This document shows, one piece after another, positions 1 through 14,682 of a stretch of 64,000 nucleotides of DNA (position 1 is the first letter of the stretch; every line of letters begins with the position of its first letter). This stretch comes from Octopus vulgaris (lineage: Eukaryota), in assembly GCA_951406725.2 (NCBI GenBank), contig OX597815.1, positions 19,902,001-19,966,000 on the forward strand, read 5' to 3'. Made by a program: the position numbers and the translations under genes. Under the pieces are notes generated by a model. That model saw only the letters and a program-made list of their open reading frames with translations. It did no database searches and was not told where the DNA came from.

Positions 1-154
1 TATTAGCGTTATTAATGCTAATAAGGTTATAATAAGGTGGGTAGCAAATTAGGAACAAGGATGTCCAGGTATCTGTGCCACCTAACTTCGAGTTGTGCAG
101 ACCTGCTTGGGGCCTCAACTTAAGTACTTAATTCAAATGAATCTTAATTATTTC

Positions 155-158
<4 letters not shown>

Positions 159-232
<74 letters not shown>

Positions 233-266
233 TGTATGTATGTATGTATGTATGTATGTATGTATA
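159..266. repeat. (TA)n + (TATG)n compound microsatellite
   Basis: Directly visible tandem repeats. Confidence 0.95.
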
Positions 267-980
267 CAGACACAGGCACATCCACATATATACATATAGC
301 ATATATGAGATGAGAAGGAGACACAATAAGAGAGAGAGAGAGAGACTATTGTCTTAATATTAGAAATGCTCTTATTTTGCCGAGGTCGACTTGTCCTTAC
401 ATCTCGTTCATTGTCACACACAGATTGGATCTGTCATGTCAACTTTGATTTGCATGTGTATTGGTCTGTGACGTCACAGTCTTACGTAATCTCTTAGATA
501 GAGATCACCGCTAAACGATATAGCCACGAACGGTTTGTCATATTTGACCAGCATCATTAACACTTTGATATCAATACTGTCTTGCAGAACAGTGTCATTG
601 CAGGATGTCTTTATGGTTGAGTGATGCTAGAATTGAATCAGAAGCCTCGGTGATAATTGTTATTATTGCCCAATGTTAATAAGGACCGGCTTTATTGACC
701 AAACATGTAATATCTTAATTAATAACGATTATCACTGATTAATGTCATATTTCAGCAATATTACTGTCGGCTTGTATTGTATTGGACCAGTATTATCACT
801 GTTTGATAAGTTGTTTTAATCTATCTTACAGCGGATTGGTTAAATAAATTGAGCAACATCATAAATGATTGTCATCCTTACTTTATTAGCATCATAATTA
901 ATCAACAGTATAATTGATTCATATTTTAACTGACCGCTAACGATCAAAACATTAAACGATAAAAAAATCATCAACATCAA

Positions 981-981
<1 letters not shown>

Positions 982-1041
<60 letters not shown>

Positions 1042-1091
1042 ATAAGACTGCCATCTGACCAAAGTACGCAAAGGCCTGAAGATACAAGAAA

Positions 1092-1152
<61 letters not shown>

Positions 1153-1197
1153 TATTATAATTATTATTATTATTATTATTTATTATTATTATTATTA

Positions 1198-1251
<54 letters not shown>

Positions 1252-1281
1252 TATTATTATTATTATTATTATTTATTATTA

Positions 1282-1346
<65 letters not shown>

Positions 1347-1357
1347 CATTATTATTG
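982..1357. repeat. Long (ATT)n microsatellite with a ~50-bp unique insert at ~1043-1093
   Basis: Directly visible. Confidence 0.95.
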
Positions 1358-1361
1358 TTAA

Positions 1362-2042
1362 AACGGCGGGCTGGCAGGATCGTTAGCATGCTAGACTTAA
1401 TGCTTAGTAGTATTTCGCTCGTCGCTACGTTCTGAGTTCAAATTTCGCCGAGGTCAGCTTTACCTTTCATCTTTTCGCGGTCGATAAAATAAGTACCAGT
1501 GAAACACTGGGGTCGATGTAATTGATTCATTCCCTCCCCTAAAATTGTTGCCCTTGTGGCAAAATTTGAAACCATTACTATTATCATTATTATTATTAAG
1601 GCGGCGTGCTAGCAGAAAAGCAAAATGCTTAGCAGTAATTGGTGTCTTCCCGTTCTAAGTTCAAATTCTGCTGAGGTCGATTTTGCCTTTCATCCTTTCG
1701 GGGTCGATAAAATAAGTACCAGTTGAGTACTGGAGCCAATGTAATCGAATATTCCCCAACTCCCAAATTCCAGGCCCTGTGCCTTTAGTAGAAGGAATTA
1801 TTATTATTGTTATTATTGTTGTTGTTGTTATTAAGGCTGCGAGCTGGCAGAATCGTTACTGTGCCGGACAAAATGCTTAACATTTCTTCGGACTTTACGT
1901 TCCGATTTCAAATGCCACCGGGGTTGACTTTGCCTGTCATCTTTTCGGGGTCAATAAAATAAATACCATTTGAGTATTGGGATCAATGTAATCGATTAGC
2001 CCCTCTCCTCAACTAGCTGGATTTGTGCTAAAATTTGAAACC

Positions 2043-2101
<59 letters not shown>

Positions 2102-2293
2102 CGTTGCGCATCGGATAAAATACTTAGTGACATTTCTTCTGGCTTTATGCTCTGAGTGCAAAATCCGCCGAGGTTGACTTTGCTTGTGACCTTTTCGGGA
2201 TCGATGAAACAAGTACCAAGTGAGCATTGAGGTCGTTGTTATCGACTAGTCCCTTCCTCCAAAATTCCAGGCCTTGTGCCTATAGTACGAAGG
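1362..2293 (+). mobile_element. Tandem cluster of four tRNA-derived SINE copies (Meta-domain-like centre) separated by (ATT)n
   Basis: Copies at ~1362-1573, 1600-1797, 1834-2042 and 2100-2293. They share a B-box-like GAGTTCAAAT and the core GTCGACTTTGCCTTTCATCCTTTCGGGGTCGATAAAATAAGTACCAG; the first three also have the head GGCGGCGAGCTGGCAGAA-like (A-box-like). Family name is from recall. Confidence 0.85.
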
Positions 2294-2656
2294 TTTACTA
2301 CTAATACTAATACTAATACTTATTGGTTTTAACAGTCACTTCCCAAAGTCAGGCAAATGACGCGTCATTTTAATTTAAATCAATCTCGTCAATAAGAAAA
2401 AGGCTTATGGTTCATTTTCATCAACGAATAATAGATTTCAGTGTAAATCAATCAAAATTATGATCCATTATCATCAAAGGTCGTTCTCAGTTTTTTCGAG
2501 TGATGTCATTGACCACTGCTTCAATAGTGTTAACACTAAACATTATTTTCCCGTATTTAGGTGGGCCTTGATTGAGCAGCACAATAATTAGCATCCTGTC
2601 CTTTGATTTTCAGATATGATGTACCTTAATCTATATTATCCAAGTCAATATATAGA

Positions 2657-3076
2657 ATACCTATTTCTTTACTACTCACAAGGGGCTAAACACAGAGGGG
2701 ACAAACAAGGACAGACACACGGATTAAGTCGATTATATCGACCCCAGTGCGTAACTGGTACTTATTTAATCGACCCTGAAAGGATGAAAGGCAAAGTCGA
2801 CCTCGGCGTAATTTGAACTCAGAACGTAGCGGCAGGCGAAATACCTATTTCTTTACTACCCACAAGGGGCTAAACACAGAGGGGACAAATAAGGACAGAT
2901 ACACGGATTAAGTCGATTATATCGACCCCAGTGCGTAACTGGTACTTAATTTATCGACCCCGAAAGGATGACAGGCAAAGTCGACCTCGGCGGAATTTGA
3001 ACTCAGAAAGTAGCGGCAGACGAAATACTGCTAAGTATTTCGCCCGGCGTGCTAACGATTCTGCAAGCTCGCCGCC
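2657..3076 (-). mobile_element. Young SINE (same core family) with a tandemly duplicated 3' two-thirds; 16-bp TSD
   Basis: Full copy ~2841-3076 plus partial copy ~2657-2843; direct repeat AATATATAGAATACCT at 2647-2662 and 3080-3095. Confidence 0.9.
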
Positions 3077-5479
3077 TTTAATATATAGAATACCTCGCTG
3101 GTTTGATGTTACTAAAATCGTTTCAGATAAGTATCCATACTCATCATCCAGTCAGGCGAGTTGCCCGGTTCAATAAGCCATATTGATTTTTCGGTAGCTC
3201 AGTGTCACATCTGCTCATGACTAAAGATGATGGCAGTAGTTCGCTCACCGCTCACCCGCTCAACATCCACTGATATTCGCCATTGACTTGATAAGTTCAT
3301 CAACCGAAGCAGTTCACGCCCACAATGTTGCATCTTGCAATTTCATCGTAACCTTAGCTCAGATAATTACCTGGTGCTAGGTCTTGCCAAGAAGCCACCC
3401 GCAGTTCAGTCAAGAGCTGTTTATTCCCATATTCACAGTTGCCTTCTATTTACATGTTAATTAGCCTAAGCTAATCAATGATATCATTCATTAACTTCAT
3501 CTCAAACAGAAATCATATTCCACCAATATATTTACTGGCGACCCCTTCAGTCATCTATGGCTTGCACGCCAGAACTATTTCCAAATATTATAAAATATTT
3601 CTTCCCTATTTTATGAGCAATCCTGCTATTTTCTTCATAATTTTTTGTTGATTATTTTTAGGTGTATGTGCATATCTGTATGAATATGTATGTATATATA
3701 TTTGCTTACATATATATTGAATACAGTTTTAAAATGTCTAAAGCGTGTGTATAAGGTAGAAATATCTACAGCTATTTAGTTAAAAGTAATTAAGTTGTAA
3801 AAATACTCACGATAAGGAAGCATAGTTATATTCTCTCAAACAAACAAAGAAATAACAGGGAAACTTCTTACAGGCCTAATTTGGAGGTAATTATCTCATC
3901 TCTTCGTAGTACTAGTAATTTAATTTGCTATGTGTAGCAGTAACTCAACAAGAAGTTATATAAACGTCTGTCCTTATTTGTACATAATGCGTGAGTCGGA
4001 TACGTATTTAATTAAACAGTATATATTTGCATTGAACACAGCTTAAATCATAATACCTGAATCATATATAATGCAGAAATACCTGTAATTATTTATTTGA
4101 AAGACTTTTAGCAGCGAGCTCAGAGGCGTTGTGAAAATATCTTGTTACTGATATAGTTGTCTCCGCTTCAGAGAAAATGGATCCCCTTTTTTTTTTTCTC
4201 AGGCACAATTCACACAGGACCGTATAATCCAATGGGTCACACTCTAAGGGAATAAGATGCGATTCGAAGCAGATTTGATCTAGTCTAAAAGCTGATTCTT
4301 TTAGATTAGGTCACCACAAAGCGCTCTCTCGTTGTTAGTTATTTTCAATAATAGATTTCAGAATTTAATCCCTTCAAACTTTGAACTTGGAATTTGAATC
4401 TTTAATACATTCATTGTCTGCATTAGACTGTTGTCCCGAGGATCAAAACTTAAGGAACATTTATGTTTGTATGAACCATTCACTCATAAAAATCAGCATC
4501 GGCAGTTTAAGCTCAAGTGATCACCCTTTACATACACGTTATAATTCTTCCTTTGTTCGATCGACCCTGAAGTTGGTGTTCAAGTTTATTTATTATAGCA
4601 ATCTTAAAATATTTCTTAATTATCTCAAAACCCTTACAACTCTTTTTCAATATTCTTTATCTCCACATCCTAGTTGTGAAAACAATGACACGGTGTATGA
4701 CATAACCAGAGGAGTAATAATGTAAATATTTTTGCTTCTCTAACGTACGTTTACGTCTAAAAAGGAAATTTACCCCGTACCAGTACTTTATTCAATCTAA
4801 AGTAGTCTATAACGCTAAAAAGCTATTTCAAAATAAATCCATCTTAATTTTACTTTAATATACTTACAATATCATGTATCATTCATTGATTATTTTAAAA
4901 ATTATATCTACTCTGATATAACTGAATTAACGTTGATATCTTATTATTCTTAACGATAAAATCCCAACCAACCGAATGTACATTTTGGTTTTGCTAACAT
5001 TGAGAAACAAATATTTTTATATTTTGCTCCTTTTAAAATATCGCGCGTGGTGCATTTATAATATATCAGTATTATCTTTAGCTGTAAGATGTATGAAGTA
5101 GCTGACATATTGTCACAATACATGCAAGTTTGAAGAGTAATGGATTGAAAGAGTCGGTAGATCGCTCGGTTAAAATGCCAGCAGTACTCAGTTAGGTTCT
5201 TCGCTTTGTTTCAATCCCACCAAAGTTAAATTTATTCTTAATCTATTTGATATTCCTCTGAAGCAACTGATATGTGAATGGAATTATTATAGTTTTTTTA
5301 AAAGAATACAGACAGCAGTCAGATGCGGACGAGTATCTCTGAGCAACATATACTATGCTTTTGGTAATAGTTTTCGTTGTCTCTATACTCACGGGTAGAC
5401 ATAGATACTAATTCGGGCCTCTTACTTTTGACACAGCTAAATTCCAAAGAGTAAAATCTAGAGAATGAGAGAGCTACAT

Positions 5480-5639
5480 CAGCATCGAACTGATACTCTT
5501 TACAATTGAGTACAAACAGAACAATGAAAAATGAAGTGCTTTACCCAAAAGTGCAGTATGACACCCACTCAAGGAACTGAATCCACAACCTTTTGATCGT
5601 GAGCTGAAAATTCCTAACCGCTAGGTCACGCGCCTTCAC
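5480..5639 (-). mobile_element. Diverged tRNA-derived SINE
   Basis: Minus strand GTGAAGGCGCGTGACCTAGCGGTTAGG (A-box-like) ... GGATTCAGTTCC (B-box-like) ... TTGGGTAAAGCACTT. Confidence 0.55.
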
Positions 5640-5954
5640 GACTTCAGCTTAATACTTATCGATTATTTCTTGTTCCGTCCATTGTCTTCTCCTCTTTACA
5701 AACGGCCGACTTTCGAATGTTGAAGTATATATTGTCTATACTACTACTTGGACAAAATTTGTTAAAAATGATTATAAAACCATTTAAGTTGTCCTGTCAT
5801 CACACACTGAGTCAGACATATTGAAGAGCTTTACTTTGATCCCATTACTAAAAACCATGTCGAGCTGACGGATGCTCTATTGTCTGAACAGTCCTAAACA
5901 GAGATTATACTTCGTCTGTCTACAGATTCTTTAGTGCCCGTGTGCTCGTGTGCT

Positions 5955-5980
5955 TGTGTGTGTGTCTGTGTGTGCGTGTT

Positions 5981-6020
<40 letters not shown>

Positions 6021-6079
6021 CGTGTATGTGTGTGCGTGTCTGTCTCTGTGTGTGTGCGTGTGTGTGTGTGTCTGTGTGT

Positions 6080-6116
<37 letters not shown>

Positions 6117-6140
6117 TGTGTGTGTGAGCGTGTGTGTGTA
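5955..6140. repeat. Degenerate (TG)n microsatellite
   Basis: Directly visible. Confidence 0.9.
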
Positions 6141-7179
6141 TGTTGGTGCATATATTTCTAAGTGTGCTTCTGTGTGTGTATGTGCGTGTACAGCCTCTAT
6201 GAAATATTTAAATGCAGGAATATATTTTGTCGACTCCAAACTTAACACCTCAACCTCCAATCCCAGGATCGCCTGTATAAGAACCAAACACATTTAAGTA
6301 AAAAAGATGCCATATGTATGCCCACACGCATACATTCAGATAGATAGATACATACATACAGAAATACACACACACACGTACGTACATACATACATACAGA
6401 CAGACCAGATATATGTATGTACGTACGTATACATTTGAAACAATAACGATTAAATAAAATATTATTTTCTTTGTATAATGTTCCTTGTTAAATGAGAAAT
6501 TGCTTTGTTCGTTCTTTCCTGCTTTCTTTTCTTTCTTTTCTTTCACCATCACAACTGCGATCTGTCGATCCAATCACTATTATCTTATCTTATATAATGC
6601 ATACTCGTCTTCCCTTCAGGCTCGGATCAATATTGCTAGCCACATAAGCCTCTTTACTAATATCTCCCACCAACACATACAAAAACCATGACTTCTTCCG
6701 GAATGTTTCTCTTTTAAATTTCAAACCTATATCTACTAAGTGTGATTTCGGAAAGAGTCGGCAAGAAAAGACCATTATATGATCCTGGAAGTGCGAAAAT
6801 ATAAAATCAGAGAGAAAAAAAGAGTAAAAGCGGAAAGGGAGGTAAGAAGAAGAGAGGAAAGGAGAAGTGAAAAATAAGATGGATGCTATAAGCCGATGAA
6901 TACAAAACTACTTATTTATTATTGGCAGTGAGGGAAAGGTCAAATAGATAGAAGTAGTCGCTCTCATTTTTCTCTGACACTCACATGAGGCTTTCTTCAT
7001 CTAATCTCATAATTTGTCGGTTTACTATCGATCACAATAATGATTTTTTTTTATAAATGTAAAGAGAGTCTGTGGAATACTCAATATTAATATATTTTAT
7101 TCTTATGGAAGAGTCAAAAAAATAATTCTATCTTTTATTATTTGCTACCAGGATAGCGTTCATATGCACGACGATATGT

Positions 7180-7220
<41 letters not shown>

Positions 7221-7429
7221 TGTGTTAGAAAAATATGTGGGGATGTAGATTCTAAGTTATGGAAAAATGAGAAGTGAGCCGAAAGACGTGAAACAATATA
7301 TTAAGACGCGTTCAGTTTTATTAATCGCACATATTAATAAGTGAATGCAGGCACAAACGCACACACACGCGCGCACGTACGGTCACGCACGCACGTACAC
7401 ATACATACACACATCATAATACATGAATA

Positions 7430-7476
7430 CACACACATATATACATATATATATATATACATATACATATACATAT

Positions 7477-7548
<72 letters not shown>

Positions 7549-7638
7549 ACACATATATATATTTATATATACATATATATATATACATATATACATATAT
7601 ATATACGCATATATATATATGCATATACGCACACGCAT

Positions 7639-7715
<77 letters not shown>

Positions 7716-7745
7716 CTTATATATATCATCTCTCAAAATGAAGCA

Positions 7746-7780
<35 letters not shown>

Positions 7781-7871
7781 ATAAAAATGGTAAGACAACA
7801 AAAGAAAGAAAGAGACCTCGATATTATGTAAATAGAGGAATTTATTTGTAAATGTAATACGTGACAATTAC

Positions 7872-7920
<49 letters not shown>
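7430..7920. repeat. (TA)n/(CA)n microsatellite complex with a short element-tail insert at ~7780-7870
   Basis: Directly visible; the minus strand of the insert (AATTGTCACGT...AATAAATTC...pyrimidine tract into TA repeat) resembles the tail at 30525-30575. Confidence 0.8.
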
Positions 7921-7921
<1 letters not shown>

Positions 7922-8157
7922 GCAAACACATGAGTGTATGAAAAAGTAAAAGCATCTCGATACAGTTGGTGTTATTAGCATTTCATAACAGTCTGACACT
8001 GCTCTGCGTCACTGAAAGTTTCGTGGGCGAAGAACACGTCCACACTCATCAAACGTTCGGAGTTACAGTCATAAGAAATCAAAAAAGTGAATAGATCCTC
8101 ACAGAGAACTTCAACGTAATACCTGTGTATTGTATAACAAATATTTCATACGTGTGT

Positions 8158-8285
8158 GAGAGACCGATAGAATAAGTACTAGGCTTACAACGAATAAGTC
8201 CTGGGGGTCGATTTGATCGACTAAGGGCGGTGCCCCAACATAGCCGCAGTCAAATGACTGAAATAAGTAAAAGAGTAAAAAAAAG
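8158..8285 (+). mobile_element. 3' fragment of CORE-type SINE
   Basis: Matches 34197-34328 (GAGACCGATAGAATAAGTACT...GGCGGTGC.CCA.CAT.GCCGCAGTCAAATGA.TGAAA.AAGTAAAAGAG). Confidence 0.85.
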
Positions 8286-8400
8286 AGAGAGGTGAATTTC
8301 TGGTGAATTAGAGTAAAACACGTAACGTTTAGAATTAATTGTCCTGTCCCGAAGCAAAACAAATGCATAGAAGTCGATGTGATCTCATGATTTTTAATTT

Positions 8401-8530
<130 letters not shown>

Positions 8531-11500
8531 ATACATACATGCTTACATAATGCACACATACGTATGTACGTATGTATGTATATATGATTTGAGAGAAACT
8601 TGGCTATATTTTTATCAGGTCGAATTAATTATGATCAGGCTCACTCGTTGGTTTCAACAAAATTTACATGATTAGTAAAGAAATTAAAGTTTATGATACA
8701 GTTTTTAATTTTCTATTTAATTACAGAAAGTTATTCTTCTCAAATTGCTAATTACTGCTTGAATTTTAGTAGAGTTAACCTTCGCTGTTTCACTGATTTG
8801 GTAGAAACAGGACCACATGCCATTGAGGGTATTTTGTTACGTCCCTGTATATTCTGTCTTAAAATCCTGTAGATATCAGCTAATTCTTTCATCGTTCCTA
8901 GGTCGATAGCACAGTTACCAGTAATATACTGAGTTGATTCAATATATCAAACTATCTTTTCCAATAAAAGTTGGCGTTGTGCCTAGCCAATTCTGCTAAT
9001 CAACTGTTATACTTTAAATTCATTATAACTATTTTATGTGCATTTCTAAAGATTATTGAACAGAAATATTTGGCAACACTGATTATAACACTTGCCCAAA
9101 ATTAGCCATTGATTTTTTTTTTCTCTATTTTTCTCTTTTAATTAAATTGTTTTTTGAAAAGCATTCATTCCAGAACACCATGTGGTATTGGAAGGCACCT
9201 TGCCACAATTTTGTCTTCTATTTTCATACGTCATCTTGAAAACTCTTCAAACAGGGATGCTTTCCACGAAATTGTACATAAGTAGCTAATTTTCACAGCA
9301 GGTTGGATTTTTTGTCCATTTATCTTCAATCTAAATGCAGCTGGCATTTACAACAACCCTTACTCATTTTAATCGGACTGGGTATTTGCAGCGACTTACA
9401 AGAAATATTTCTAAATATAATACGTTGCAACTAGAAAAACAACTCTTCATATTTAACAGCTTGCTTTTTTTTTAACATAGTTCGGTCAGGAATCAGCACA
9501 GTTTTTAGGCGATATTTTTTTCTTGACATTTTTGAAAATGTGGGTAGAACGTTTTCAATAATTGCAAATATATATGAATATTTCATAATTGATTGTTTGC
9601 TCTATATTTTCCTATTCTCCTATTCAAAATAAAAGGGCTTAAAAGATGTTTTGCTGACACTAAAATAAAATAACTTATAGATACACATTGCTATGTGGCA
9701 ATGGATATCGCTTCACAATCCCTATGTTAGGGGTTCCGTTTCATTGTTATGATCCCGGGGCTATCAAAACATCCATAAAATACGTACATTTTTTTAAAAA
9801 AAACTTGTTTATAAAAAGATATTAAATTAAGTGAAAAGGAAGGCATTTCTCTTCCACATTTTATATGTTTTCCACATATGTTCAATCTATATACATATTT
9901 ATATATGTATACTATCTTTATTATTAGTATAGCAACTTTCCAACCGAAGAGATATCTGTTCGATTCCTATAACAGTGTGTTTTGACCAAAGACAATTAAT
10001 TTTATGTGATCGAAGCCTCCTGGTTGTAATAGTACCACGAGAAATTACAACTCGGTGTTGTAGTAATACGTCAGTGATTTGACCAGGTTCAAATGGGTTC
10101 ATTTAATGAGATTACTAGCTTGAGATAACTCTAAGCTCATAATACTTGGAAGAGTGGGATTCACTACACTTTGAGTATTAAGGGACCAATGGATATCGTG
10201 TAGGTTTAGTTTGAATCCAGGACCAGGAATTAAAAATTCACTTCATTAAGCTTCCACTCTATTCTCCGCCGAATAAATTTTGAATATAAGTGAAGAGAGA
10301 TATTACAATCTTTTGCTCCCCTCTTAATGAATACTATATCTGACACTGAACGGCCAATTTGACAAGATACTATAATGTCGATAGTTTAAAAAGCTTTGAC
10401 ATAGCCAATAGGATAAATTTCGACCTACTTGCTTTGTGAGTCTATCCACACGAAACCATTTCGACCCAGAAACATTTCCGTTCAATCAATATTTATTCGA
10501 GACCAAAATCGATAAGACCAATTGCAAGATGCCTCTAGTGTTGACTTCCTGTGAACTTATCAAATCTTAGGCCGCCATATATATTCGCTCAACAACAGCA
10601 TATGGTTACTTATTTTATCGAGTTCAGAGAATACTGGTTGAGCAAACTTTCGCTTAAGTATAAAAACATCAAGTCAGTCACTTCATAAAGTGCTTCAGCA
10701 CGAAAATAGGATAATGTTGGCTTCTAGAGGGAATGTAGTGATGGTGCTCGATGAATAATCATAATAAACGTAACATAAAAATAAAGAGAAATCAATAAAT
10801 ATTAAGCAACAACATGATATCTATTTCGATTAAGTTAGAGAGTTTAACCTTATAAACCCATTCATTCACTAATTTCAGTGTGTTGTATTATAAATATGTA
10901 AGTCAGGCAGAATAATTTGAGGAAACTACAGATGGTTCATACACAAATATAGAGTGAATTCAATACAGGTGAACTTGTAATGACAATTCCTTGAGGATAA
11001 TTTGGCGTCCAATAAATTACTTCATGAATACATACATACATACATTGTCGCAGAAGCAATAAACAATGCCATTCGGAAAAAATCTGTCCTGGAATAAATG
11101 TACAGAATCCCCGTGTTATAGAATGCATTCACGAAGAATACTAGTGGAACATTCCCAGTAAAACATCTATCTAGTGTAAACATAACAGGCTAGTTATTGC
11201 TGTTTGGGATAGAGAAGAAAAGTATGTACTGTCATAGAAGTTAGCTATCCTGCTGTCGTGAATATCTCTTTGAGACTCAAACAGAAAGAGGAAAGCTATG
11301 AACAATTGCTCCGAAACCACCGGCTTCTACATCCAGAAATGGAACAGTAAAAATATGCGAAACTTTTCTCAAGTTTAAAATGTGACATTGTTTTTGTTAC
11401 ATTCCAAAGATGAAGCTTTGTATCTTTATTAGAATCAGCTCCTTCCTCAGAGGAAGAATTTAAATAATTAAAAGCAGAATAGAACATACATGCATACGCA

Positions 11501-13887
11501 CACACATATATACATACATACGCATATGAAATTACATTTGATGGTGGAAACAGTACTGTACCGCATAAAACTTAGCCAGAATTGATTTGTGTCCCTTTAT
11601 GCTTTGACTTCAAAAACTTTCATAACTATTTTCGCTTGTTGCTTTGCTTTGATGAAGAGAAATCTACCATTTCAGGGATAACCCTTCATCAGAAGTGCTG
11701 GAACTTTCATATAGTATTTATTAAATTGTTCGCCCTCTCATTAAAAAAAAAATCAAACATGGTTTATAATTCAAACACCTAATTAATATATTGATATGGT
11801 TTTATGGCTTTTATATCGCATGATTCTATTATTGTGCTGGTAATTTAATCGGAAAAGAACTTGGCAATTTACTCGGATATTGCATTAAGGAGTTTGGAAA
11901 ATTCCTTGTATTTCTTTTTTTTTGTGTGTGTGTGTGTGGAAAGAGAGAAACGATATTGAGATATAATTCTAAGGATCAATTTCTAATGGAAATAATAATG
12001 TTCAAATTAATTTACAGAGAGAAAATTATTCAAATCTCTTTTAACATGCATAACATAATACGGTTAAGTTGCGTATTGTCAAAACTCATTAGTAATTATC
12101 ATTAATCATCAGTCATGGGAAGAATTCAGATCTGAAACATATGAAGCTTGTATTGCTTCTTTTCCTAGGCTTAGAAACAGTAAATGCATCTTTAATGCTC
12201 GAAGAGCTGTGAATATTTTTCCATAAAACTATCCAGAGCAAAGATTAATTCTGCTTTCCACGCTACAGAAATACATTCATTTTGTTATCAATCAGTGAAC
12301 TCCTCACTGAACGATTAGCAAAATAATCTGAATTACTAGCACATTAATACATCCTACAAATACACACTTAGGTATAAGCTTATCGTCGTAAATAGCCACA
12401 TAAACATTCTGTTGTATGCACATGCTTACATACAGAGATACACGTGCAAACCCGATTAGAGAAACTGCTTCCGGTGTAATTGCAGCCATTTGATTTCCTG
12501 ATGTCTCCGACACTGGACATCTCGTCGATGTCTCTGTAATGCATGTTTATTTTAGTGTTCCTACAAACAACAATTCCAAGAAGAAACGTAAAAAGAGTTG
12601 GCAATGGGAGAGTTTTACATCGAATAGTTTCGGTAATAATTTTGGGTGAGTGACACACTTAGTTCTCTTTTTTTTTTTTTAAGCGCCATGTTATTAAGTA
12701 ACATCCTAACAATGTATTTAGATCTGATTAATAAGTAGGCTTCTCCCAGTCGATAAGCATGCTATGCAACACGTGACAGCTGAACATTTTAATGTTTAGC
12801 TTTAAACTTATTTAAATATAAATATATTTAAACTTTTATTTCTAAAACACCTGAAAAAAATTACAAATATCAACTACATTTTAAGTTTATATCTCATCAA
12901 ATGTTGTTTATGCTGTTGTTTAAGATCCAGATCAAACCATTTAAATTTGCATTTCAATAATGTTACTGCTGTGTTTTTAGCCCTAGGTCACACTCTCTAC
13001 TTAAAAATCTTCATGGCATGACCTGTTTGTAATTCTGTATATCTAAGACTAGTTTGTTTTCAATGTATCCATCCTCTTTTTTAAAGAAAGTATTGAGGGG
13101 TTTAGGCCGCCATTTCTAACATATTGAACAACCGCCTAGGAGTTACCTCGTTTGCTCCTGCAACATATAACACATCGCCCTGTTTAACACTATTATCTAG
13201 CCCTTGTTGCTCTTAACTGAATCTACATGGATGCAAACATTTGACCACAAGAAAACTTCCTCTCTTCATCCCACCTGAAAATGGCTATGAACACTGCCAT
13301 AACCCTTGACACAACTATTAAAAATATTTCCATTAGATCGTCATCATTTCCATTAAATCGTTTTTTTTCATACTTCAGAAATAACGACACAATGTGTTTT
13401 TGAAAACATGTTCATTTTATTCTAGATATTTGATTCTAAATATGCTTATGCTATTTATTATAATTATAAGTCACAGATGATGTCGATAAAATCCCCTTGT
13501 ATGTTTTCTGTGATTATCAATGTTTAAGTAAAAATCATACAATGCGTTTCATCATAATCACACGGATTTCAACGTGTCAAAACTGACAGGATTTAACTAT
13601 CACAACATTTCAAAGGTGTATTAGATATAAGAGTGTGTATGTATCCTTGCGTGTCTGTGTGTCTGTATGATGCCTGCATGCGTTTATTTGAGTACTTGTG
13701 TGCTTTTGCATGTGTATGTATTTCTGCGTGCATATATGTTTGCGTGCCTATATGTGTATATGTACGAGTGTTGACTTTTATGGAAATATGTGTGTGGTTG
13801 TTTCAGTGTATGTGTGGGTTTATGTGTTTGTGTACAAGTGTGAATGTCTGTTTCTGAAAAATTGTCTTTTCATATTCATATACTTTT

Positions 13888-13897
13888 CTATCAATCC

Positions 13898-13945
<48 letters not shown>

Positions 13946-13946
13946 G

Positions 13947-14000
<54 letters not shown>

Positions 14001-14145
14001 AATCCCTCTATCTATCGACCTACCTATCTATCTATCTATCTATCCATCCATCTATCTATCTATCCATCTATCTATATATCTGCCTATCAATCTATCTTTC
14101 TATCTACCTATCTATCTATCTATCCATCTACCTATCCATCCATCG

Positions 14146-14192
<47 letters not shown>

Positions 14193-14250
14193 AATCTCTA
14201 TCTATTTACCTACCTATCTATCTATCTGTCTGTATGTCTATCTGTCTACC
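13888..14250. repeat. (TCTA)n microsatellite decaying into low-complexity flank
   Basis: Directly visible; source of the spurious YLSI ORF. Confidence 0.9.
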
Positions 14251-14621
14251 TGTCTATTTGCATATCTAATTATCTATTCTTCAGTATATCTATTTATCTA
14301 TCGACCTATATATCTGTCTATTTATTTAACAACTTACCAGCTAATATATATCTAAATAGCTGTTTCTCTCTTTATCTACCTGCCTACCGTTTTAGCTATG
14401 TAACTACCCATTCTCTGTCTGTCTATTTAACTCTCTACCTTTCACTTTTAGACCTGCCTATCTTTCTATCTATCTACATAAGCATTACTCACCATTTAGT
14501 TATCTATACGATTATTGAGCTATCCATTTATTCATTTATGTATCTATTCTGTGTCTGTATATGAATATGTGCCCATGTATCCATTCATTCATCCATACAT
14601 CCATACAAATACCTCCTACAT

Positions 14622-14682
<61 letters not shown>

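Noticed and set aside
1362-2293. Regularly spaced repeat-spacer pattern resembling CRISPR, or tRNA genes
   Set aside because: Eukaryotic context; units are ~200-bp SINEs with tRNA-derived heads that do not form full cloverleaves; no cas genes.
7990-8070. Minus-strand TTGATGA-GT-GTGGACG..CGCCCAC-GAAA hammerhead-like string
   Set aside because: Stem II is plausible but stems I and III cannot be formed convincingly; at best a decayed relic.
11300-11460. CTGAGGA-AGGAGC (minus) and GCTCC-GAAAC (plus) half-motifs
   Set aside because: The two halves are on opposite strands and cannot form one hammerhead.
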